Below, piece after piece: positions 57,121 to 63,527 of a stretch of 63,527 nt of DNA; the stretch's first letter is position 1; every line of letters starts with the position of its first letter. The translations under genes and the position numbers were made by a program. This DNA is from Nanobdellati archaeon (GTDB taxonomy: Archaea > B1Sed10-29 > JAGVWA01). The notes under the pieces were generated by a model. That model had not been told where the DNA came from, did no database searches, and saw only the letters and a list, made by a program, of their open reading frames with translations. The DNA is taken from the NCBI GenBank assembly GCA_018304505.1, contig JAGVWA010000005.1:1-63527 (forward strand), in the 5' to 3' direction.

Positions 57121-57792
57121 ATGTTCGGAAAATACCCTGGCCGGATCATCATTATCGGCCGATCATCAGATGATCTGCATGACATTATTGCCTATGGTTT
57201 GACGGGAAGAAGCCCTTCAAGTCAAGCGAGAGAACTTGAGCAGAAGGATAGTGATTTTTTTGTCAAGCCGACTTCAGACGCGATCAATGATGGGGATCCA
57301 GAATTACTGATTTACCCGTGCATTCTTTTTGGCGAAGGCGGGGTCGCTGTCAGTAACGGCAAGCAGACGACAACAGTTCGTGAATGCCTTTCAGAAATTG
57401 ATCCGATTAATGTTCTCAAAAAAGCGCACGGGCAATCGATGTACGAACACGACGAGCCGATTTACACGCCGAGAATTAGCGGTTGTATTACTAAAAGGGG
57501 CGCGGCGCTTGCTATTATTAAAAAAGCAAGCGATGGTTCAACCATAAGGGCGTATTATAACATTCCGCTAGCTACTGGCAAAGGAAAAATGATCTCAAGC
57601 TATAACGGAGAAAATACCGATCCTGTGCCGAGTTTTGAGGGAGAGCCAAGAAATATAATTATTGGCAAACAGAATCCTGAAGAACTTGCAAAACAAATTT
57701 ATAACGAATTGGGGGAATTCAAAATAGCTGTGGTTGCTTTATTTCAAAACATTAAAACCCGTGAAATTAAAACATTTATCAAACAAAGATAA
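57121..57792 (+). CDS. IMP cyclohydrolase-like (PurO/Ntn-hydrolase fold) protein
   Basis: YPGR, YGLTGRSxSSQAR, VSNGKQT, YEHD...TPRISG. Confidence 0.8.
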   Translation: MFGKYPGRIIIIGRSSDDLHDIIAYGLTGRSPSSQARELEQKDSDFFVKPTSDAINDGDPELLIYPCILFGEGGVAVSNGKQTTTVRECLSEIDPINVLKKAHGQSMYEHDEPIYTPRISGCITKRGAALAIIKKASDGSTIRAYYNIPLATGKGKMISSYNGENTDPVPSFEGEPRNIIIGKQNPEELAKQIYNELGEFKIAVVALFQNIKTREIKTFIKQR

Positions 57793-57836
57793 ATTTTGTC
57801 CTTTGCGCTAGATAAATGCAACTGGATACTCCAAAA

Positions 57837-58232
57837 TCAGTTGACGACGCTAACTAAACCATTAAAACCAGCGTCGTATGTCATTATATGAGTTATTCCG
57901 TGGTTTTCCATGAGCGCTATATTTGTGCAGTCTGTAAAACTTAGCTTCTTGTGTTTCTTGAAGAGTTTCCAAGATTTTTCAAACGTCTCAGAGTCTACAA
58001 ATATCATCTCAAGTTTATCTAGAATTTTTTGGCCAAAGGCCGTTATCTTCTCATGATTCTTAAAACGTCGAAATGCGAAAGTCACGGTCTCATCAAAAAT
58101 ATAGTCTGAAACAAAAACTGCGCCGAATTTACCGCCCAAGACCTCTTTCATTTTCTCATAAACTGTCGCGTGTGATTTCTCCTCCTTACTGAGATATGCG
58201 ATAAAGGCAGATGTGTCAATCAAAATAGACAT
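57837..58232 (-). CDS. vapC: VapC PIN-domain toxin
   Basis: ILIDTSAF, DET, LSFTDC, TYD. Confidence 0.92.
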   Translation of the reverse strand: MSILIDTSAFIAYLSKEEKSHATVYEKMKEVLGGKFGAVFVSDYIFDETVTFAFRRFKNHEKITAFGQKILDKLEMIFVDSETFEKSWKLFKKHKKLSFTDCTNIALMENHGITHIMTYDAGFNGLVSVVN

Positions 58233-58235
58233 TTT

Positions 58236-58478
58236 TCATCCCTCATAAAGGACTTTGTCTATCTCAGATATTGCGTCTGTAGAACCGATATGAAAATTTA
58301 TGGGCTTAAACTCAAGAAATTCTTTTGGATTCTTACGCGGTTTTTCTTCCTTCGCCCATTTTTCGAGCGCTCTGTTTACGGCGATTCCTAAACTAATCCC
58401 CAACTCAGCACTTCTTGCCTTGGCCATCATATACACACCCGTTTCTATTCCGCGAATGCACACTGTTGTACTTGTCAT
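58236..58478 (-). CDS. vapB: Putative VapB antitoxin (RHH-like)
   Basis: Small ORF immediately upstream of VapC; IRGI...AVNRALEKW. Confidence 0.75.
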   Translation of the reverse strand: MTSTTVCIRGIETGVYMMAKARSAELGISLGIAVNRALEKWAKEEKPRKNPKEFLEFKPINFHIGSTDAISEIDKVLYEG

Positions 58479-58534
58479 ACATGTTTTACATGTTTAACCT
58501 ATAAAAACTTTTTGGTATAAGAAAAAAAAGGGTT

Positions 58535-58666
58535 TTAAGCCGTCACTTGCATGACGTGCTTTGGAACAACTAGGTCTGTTGAGAGGAAGGCGAAGTGCTT
58601 TCTCTCGATCTTGAGGTTCCAGTCCAAGCCCCTGGCTTGCTCAATTAGGTCTTTTAGTCTCATCAT
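58535..58666 (-). CDS. 43-aa hypothetical peptide (below ORF-track cutoff)
   Basis: MMRLKDLIEQARGLDWNLKIERKHFAFLSTDLVVPKHVMQVTA; TATAAA and GGACGTGA upstream, poly-T after stop. Confidence 0.5.
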   Translation of the reverse strand: MMRLKDLIEQARGLDWNLKIERKHFAFLSTDLVVPKHVMQVTA

Positions 58667-58724
58667 TTTTGTTCACGTCCTGACCAATGTATGTTTATAG
58701 TGGTTTTGTAGTGATCATGGTGGC

Positions 58725-58765
58725 TGCATGACAAGCCCCCCTTGGCCGAGGGGGCTTGTTATGCA
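58725..58765. other. Strong 41-nt GC-rich hairpin
   Basis: TGCATGACAAGCCCC...GGGGCTTGTTATGCA. Confidence 0.75.
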
Positions 58766-59023
58766 TTAAACTACGAGCTCAAATAACGCAGGGGTTTTTG
58801 TGCTCAGTGCGAATTTTCTGGAGGAAACGGAGGTGACGTTCCTATCACTACTTACCGTACGTTTGTTTATATACCAAAACTAGTAAGCAACTTTCCGAGA
58901 ACTTCCCGGGTAACGGTTTTTGCTTTCCGAGAATTTAGGTACTCACTGAAATCACAAAGTACGAGCGCCCATGTTTGGAATTAAAACCGGAACTTGACTG
59001 CACTCAACACGAAGTAACGGGGT

Positions 59024-59311
59024 TCAGATTTCGTCAGGATCAACGAAATCGTCATCGAGATTTTTGGCTGCGCATTCAAAATCATGGCGCTGCAATCCAG
59101 CGTCGTCAATTCTTCCCGCGAGATAATGCACTAGCCCGTCTCTTCTAACTTCTCTTGCCCTGCCGATCATTGATTCCCTGCGGTCGATTTCCTTGTCAAT
59201 GTTATCCATCGCGGCACTGAGTAGTTTCCTTGCCAATTCCTGGTGGCCTGTTTCGGACAGTAGTTCTGCGGCCCCCATCACTGAATCTGCACAATCGCTG
59301 TTCATCCACAT
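59024..59311 (-). CDS. Small orphan protein, Met-Trp-start family (MW-12)
   Basis: 95 aa MWMNSDC...; GGAGGT SD; similar N-terminal helices to MW-13. Confidence 0.75.
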   Translation of the reverse strand: MWMNSDCADSVMGAAELLSETGHQELARKLLSAAMDNIDKEIDRRESMIGRAREVRRDGLVHYLAGRIDDAGLQRHDFECAAKNLDDDFVDPDEI

Positions 59312-59327
59312 AACAAAACCTCCAAAG

Positions 59328-59582
59328 TTACTTTTTTAATTGCTGAGCAAGTTCGTTTGACTGTGCAGCCAACTGCTCCTGCTGTTGCCAGCATTCTCCT
59401 GCTTTTGCCATGTCTCCCATGGCTTGTGCCAGTGTCTCATCTGTTATCAGGAGCGAGCGCTCTTCAACTATTTGCTCCAGGCCGCCCCAGAGTAATTCAT
59501 GCGCTTCGCTTTTTCCCCCAACTTTCCTGAGTTGTGCTGCTGTTTCTATTATCGCGTCTTTAAAATCATCAGTTATCCACAT
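59328..59582 (-). CDS. Small orphan protein, Met-Trp-start family (MW-13)
   Basis: 84 aa from ATG-TGG at 59582 after GGGGGATG. Confidence 0.72.
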   Translation of the reverse strand: MWITDDFKDAIIETAAQLRKVGGKSEAHELLWGGLEQIVEERSLLITDETLAQAMGDMAKAGECWQQQEQLAAQSNELAQQLKK

Positions 59583-59662
59583 GCGTTCATCCCCCATATG
59601 TATTGTTGCCATAACGTTTGGGCAATGAAGTATAAAAAACATCTGTATGCACCTTGGGTTGC

Positions 59663-60064
59663 CTATTCATCCCAGCTTACCGTGCCTGTTTTTGGTTTGG
59701 TTGGGTCTGTAGATGCGGTTGGGTGTGCCACGGGAATGGCTGGTTTTGAGGCCTCCCTTGTAGGCGCCTCAGGCACATGCTCCTCTGCAAGTGTTTTCGG
59801 TAATGTGTCAAGGTCCTCGAGCTCCTTGATGGCGAGTTTACCCAGGTTACGGAAGCGCTGTCTTTTGCTGTTCAATACTGCACCTTCGAGAAATCGCGAG
59901 GCTCCATAGACGTCAATTGTTGCTGTGTGCGCTACACCACGCTCTTGCTCAACTCCACCGAGGTGGTTCCAGGCCTGCTGCAGGTTTTGCCTTGCAACTG
60001 GCTCTACAAGCAGCATGGCACCCATTTTTCTCATCGCCACCTTGGCTTCCTCAACGCTCCACAT
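59663..60064 (-). CDS. Small orphan protein, Met-Trp-start family (MW-14)
   Basis: 133 aa MWSVEEA...; Pro/Thr-rich tail ending SWDE. Confidence 0.7.
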   Translation of the reverse strand: MWSVEEAKVAMRKMGAMLLVEPVARQNLQQAWNHLGGVEQERGVAHTATIDVYGASRFLEGAVLNSKRQRFRNLGKLAIKELEDLDTLPKTLAEEHVPEAPTREASKPAIPVAHPTASTDPTKPKTGTVSWDE

Positions 60065-60269
60065 ATTCATCAATGTTCCACATGTTCTTATCACACCATT
60101 ATGCCACTTCTATTTTCCGCGTCCTGCGCTCACACACGAACATATTTGCATTTTGGATGTATTTAAAGCTTCACACGAATTCACCAAGCCTGGTTTGAAC
60201 TGGTTTGAACAAGTTGCAACCAGCTAACGTTGCAAAATTGACTTAAATGCACTTCGCTATAACTATAAC

Positions 60270-60683
60270 ATGTACTACATCGACACGTGCGTTTACATGG
60301 ACCTGTGGCGAAAAGACGCCGATCCAAAAAGACAGGACGCAGCAAAGCAGTTTATTGAAAAATGCATCGATGACCAAAGCACGATCTATTACTCAGGCTT
60401 TGTGTTGAAAGAGCTGTGGTATAACCTTGAGCATGCTGATTTCGCCAACGCGCGCGCGTTGTTCAATACTATAAACTTTGAGAAGTTAATCGCCACAAAA
60501 CAAGACCGTACCAAAGGCATGATCCTCAGGTGGGACGCGAGCCCGGACTTGAGCTTTTTCGACTGCATGCACATTGTTCTGAGCAGAAACACCAAGTCAA
60601 TGCTTGTAACACAAGACAAGCCCCTGATAAGACATGCCAAGTGGAATAACTGCCGGGCATCCAAACCTGAGGGCTTGCTATAA
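60270..60683 (+). CDS. PIN-domain (VapC-like) protein
   Basis: YIDTCVY, KEL, FFDCMH, VTQDK. Confidence 0.85.
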   Translation: MYYIDTCVYMDLWRKDADPKRQDAAKQFIEKCIDDQSTIYYSGFVLKELWYNLEHADFANARALFNTINFEKLIATKQDRTKGMILRWDASPDLSFFDCMHIVLSRNTKSMLVTQDKPLIRHAKWNNCRASKPEGLL

Positions 60684-60935
60684 GCTGTTTATCTCATTAA
60701 GATCTATAGCCTGACTAGATAATTTTTTTCTCGTTTGCCTGATAATCTCAACAGAGTCTCGATTATCCCTTAGATTCATAGTCCCTATCGATGCTTCCCA
60801 GTCTTTCCATGACGCGCGGCGCAACGAATCCCTCACTGCGTCAGACCTGCTGGCGTAAATGCCCTTCTTTACGCCTCTGTCTAGCTGCTTTACCATCACA
60901 GTTGGCAGTCTAATCTGGATCGTCTGCATTACCAT
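60678..60935 (-). CDS. Ribbon-helix-helix (CopG/Arc/MetJ) protein, putative antitoxin
   Basis: IQIRLP...QLDRGVKKGIYASRSDAVRDSLR. Confidence 0.88.
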   Translation of the reverse strand: MVMQTIQIRLPTVMVKQLDRGVKKGIYASRSDAVRDSLRRASWKDWEASIGTMNLRDNRDSVEIIRQTRKKLSSQAIDLNEINSL

Positions 60936-61030
60936 GGTAATTGATATGCATTACGTTGTATTTAAGGGTTTGGCCTCCCGGGGCTACAAAAACCCAACAC
61001 TTTTTTAACACCGCAGCATGGAAATAATCC

Positions 61031-62143
61031 ATGCTAAGCAAAACGGCTAGGGACGAGCTAGAAAAACAGCACTACCGCATAGTCGGCGACCACAGCGCAG
61101 TAAAGACCTGCGGCTGGACCAAGAAGATGCTCAAGGGCGAAGGCGGCTGCTACAAACTAAAGTTCTACGGCATCATGAGTCACCAGTGCATGCAAATGAC
61201 TACATCAATCAGCTGCGCCAACCGCTGCACGTTCTGCTGGCGAGGCTACAAGGCCCCGGTTTCGAAAGAATGGAAGTGGCAAGTCAACGACCCTGAAATG
61301 ATTTTTGAGGAATCGAAAAAGGCGCACGAGAAACTCCTGCTTGGATACGGGGGCAACGCCAAGGTAACAAAAAGCATGTACACGCAGTCAAAGGACATAA
61401 AACACGTGGCTCTGTCCCTTACCGGGGAACCCATAATCTATCCGCGCATGAACGAGCTCATCGGCATGTTCAACCGCGATGGAATATCAACGTTCCTTGT
61501 AACCAATGCACAGTACGCCGAGCAGATACGGGACTTGAAACCCATTACTCAATTATACATCAGCGTTGACGCGCCAAACAAAGAATTACTAAAACAAGTC
61601 GACGTGCCCTTGTTTCCTGACTACTGGGAGCGCCTAAACCAGAGCCTGGATTACATGCGCCAAAAAAAACAGAGGACATGTATACGATTGACGTGCATCA
61701 GGGGCATCAACATGGTAGAGCCAGAAAACTATGCCGCGCTGATTGAACGCGGGAACCCGGACTTCCTTGAGGTCAAGGCGTACATGTTCGTCGGCGCGTC
61801 GCGCGAAAGGCTGTCGATGGACAACATGCCAAGCCACGCAGATGTTCTCGCGTTTACAAAGCAGCTCACCAAATACCTGCCTGACTACGAAATCGTTTCA
61901 GAACACAAGCCGTCACGGGTGTTCATGCTGGCGAAAAAGAAGTTCAAGCGCAACGGCAAGTGGTTTACGTGGATCGACTTTCCAAAATACCACGAACTGG
62001 CATTGCAAGGCGACGATTTCACTACTGAGGATTACCTGAAGGTGACCCCAAAGACAGGCATCGACGACTCCGAAATAAAAGTTGACGAAAAGACTGAGGA
62101 ATTGGAGTTCTGGAAAGCGCAGGAAAATCAGGTAACGATCTAA
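61031..62143 (+). CDS. taw1: 4-demethylwyosine synthase Taw1/TYW1 (radical SAM)
   Basis: HSAVKTCGW, CYKLKFYGIMSHQC, CANRCTFCWR, ALSLTGEP, FLVTN, EVKAYM. Confidence 0.96.
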   Translation: MLSKTARDELEKQHYRIVGDHSAVKTCGWTKKMLKGEGGCYKLKFYGIMSHQCMQMTTSISCANRCTFCWRGYKAPVSKEWKWQVNDPEMIFEESKKAHEKLLLGYGGNAKVTKSMYTQSKDIKHVALSLTGEPIIYPRMNELIGMFNRDGISTFLVTNAQYAEQIRDLKPITQLYISVDAPNKELLKQVDVPLFPDYWERLNQSLDYMRQKKQRTCIRLTCIRGINMVEPENYAALIERGNPDFLEVKAYMFVGASRERLSMDNMPSHADVLAFTKQLTKYLPDYEIVSEHKPSRVFMLAKKKFKRNGKWFTWIDFPKYHELALQGDDFTTEDYLKVTPKTGIDDSEIKVDEKTEELEFWKAQENQVTI

Positions 62144-62195
62144 CCTAGCGCCAATACACAAAATCATTAAAAACACCAATAACATAAAGAACACC

Positions 62196-63527
62196 ATGGA
62201 GCATAGTTCCACAACCCGAGCAGCAAAGACCAAGAAGAAACCAACCCTAAACCAACAACAAGAAGCCGCACGCAGAGCAACACTAGCGAGACTACAAACG
62301 CTCCAAAAAAAAGCACATGCTAAAGAAATCAAGCTCGGCGCACTCAAAAGATTAGCGCTAGCCCGACGCATCAAACAACTGCAAAGAGAAAAGATAACGC
62401 TGCGAACTCTTGCACAAGCAGAAAAAGCCGAACCACGACTAGCCGCAGCAGCAAAGCCAACATCAAGACCAATGCCTAAGCCAAGAAAAATAAGGACTCC
62501 ACAAACAACAAGATCAAGAACAATCGCCCCCGTAGCCAAGCCAGCGCCAACAGCAACTAAACCTGCTGCAAGACCAACCAGTCCAATAGCAATAAAACCA
62601 AGACACCCACCCACAAGACTAACACGATTTTTCAGAGAACCAACACCCCCTACAGGGGGGGGTATAACGCCAAGCGCGGCAAGACCACAACTCCCCGGGG
62701 GAAGGGTTCCGCTGCGCCTCGACACGCGAGCAGAATTACGACTAGGACCATTAGAAAAAGCAGCTGAAAAGGAAAAAGCAGAAACCGCAAAGGCAATAAA
62801 AGAAAAACAAGAAGCAGAAAAAGCATTAGATGACCTACTCGCAAAAGCAGAAGTCGAACTAAAGCCAGAATACAAGCAGGCCCTCACAACAAAAGAAGTC
62901 ATGGACTTCGCACAACAACTCACAACAGACACTGCAAGGCAATACTTCGACGCAATCGCGCGACACGGAACAGAAAAACTCACCACCAAAGAATTCATGG
63001 ACTTCACCCAACAACTCCCACCAAACACTGCAGAACAATACTTCAACGCAATCGCGCGACACGGAACAGAAAAACTCACAACAAAAGAAGTCATGGACTT
63101 CGCCCAACAACTCACAACAGACACTGCAAGGCAATACTTCAACGCAATCGCGCGACACGGAACAGAAAAACTCACAACCAAAGAAGTTCTAACCACAGAA
63201 GTAGCAAAATTCGCACAACAACTAGACTACGGTGCAAGGTATTACTTCAACGCAATCGCGCGACACGGAACAGAAAAACTCACAACCAAAGAAATCATGG
63301 ACTTCACCCAACAACTCCCACCAAACACTACATGGCAATACTTCAACGCAATCGCAAAACACGGGGTGGAGCGACTAGTAAGCAAAGGATTTGTTACTGG
63401 CGTTGGTCGTGTTTTTGATGGCTTTGTGACGACAGAAGCCATGAGAAGCACATTTATGGATAATTTACTCACCATTGATGACAGGATTTCTGAACGAGTC
63501 ATGAGCCAAACCGAAAGCGCCAGCAGA
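62196..63527 (+). CDS. Partial large protein: basic/Pro-rich N-terminus plus 32-aa helical repeats (runs off the window)
   Basis: Open from ATG 62196 to the window end by hand translation; missed by the ORF track because no stop is present. Confidence 0.8.
   Translation, partial: MEHSSTTRAAKTKKKPTLNQQQEAARRATLARLQTLQKKAHAKEIKLGALKRLALARRIKQLQREKITLRTLAQAEKAEPRLAAAAKPTSRPMPKPRKIRTPQTTRSRTIAPVAKPAPTATKPAARPTSPIAIKPRHPPTRLTRFFREPTPPTGGGITPSAARPQLPGGRVPLRLDTRAELRLGPLEKAAEKEKAETAKAIKEKQEAEKALDDLLAKAEVELKPEYKQALTTKEVMDFAQQLTTDTARQYFDAIARHGTEKLTTKEFMDFTQQLPPNTAEQYFNAIARHGTEKLTTKEVMDFAQQLTTDTARQYFNAIARHGTEKLTTKEVLTTEVAKFAQQLDYGARYYFNAIARHGTEKLTTKEIMDFTQQLPPNTTWQYFNAIAKHGVERLVSKGFVTGVGRVFDGFVTTEAMRSTFMDNLLTIDDRISERVMSQTESASR
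62883..63374 (+). repeat. Five in-frame tandem units (96, 96, 96, 108, about 96 bp)
   Basis: Units start at 62883, 62979, 63075, 63171, 63279; LTTKEVMDFAQQLTTDTARQYFxAIARHGTEK. Confidence 0.95.

Noticed and set aside
61913-63196. 427-aa minus-strand ORF with repeats
   Set aside because: Antisense shadow of the + strand repeat protein starting at 62196; it overlaps taw1 and has implausible Ser/Val/Cys composition.

Overview
Archaeal chromosomal segment, probably from a reduced DPANN-type lineage. That assignment is inferred from the gene content, the Tyr-Gly-Trp class III pilin and the truncated or bacterial-type aaRSs. Most housekeeping genes lie on an A-rich + strand: the uS13-uS4-uS11-rpoD-tRNA-Leu-eL18-uL13-uS9-rpoN-tRNA-Pro-eno-uS2-fni-gltX and eL8-eS28-eL24-ndk-aIF5B-eS6-aIF2g-PIN-rpoE-spt4-eS24-eS31-kae1 clusters, repair genes (EndoIV, Lhr, MPE, Nth), redox genes (Bcp, FTR/Trx/rubredoxin), a complete type IV pilus-like locus, three toxin-antitoxin loci and taw1. 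The most striking unexplained signal is a dispersed set of at least 14 small (58-133 aa), soluble, acidic, Lys-poor orphan ORFs that all begin Met-Trp (ATG/GTG-TGG). Most have a Shine-Dalgarno motif. They occur as tandem trios, pairs or singletons between conserved genes and beside TA loci, and no recognisable housekeeping gene needs an MW start. Other observations: four out-of-frame deletion junctions (aspS, two in a duplicated KaiC-like gene, yjbQ), a GluRS lacking its anticodon-binding domain, a degenerate IDI-2 coexisting with IDI-1, a shared extended promoter element upstream of accessory genes, and a hairpin/anti-SD non-coding region. No rRNA, CRISPR array, integrase or transposase was seen. 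All calls come from motif recognition by eye; no database searches were run.
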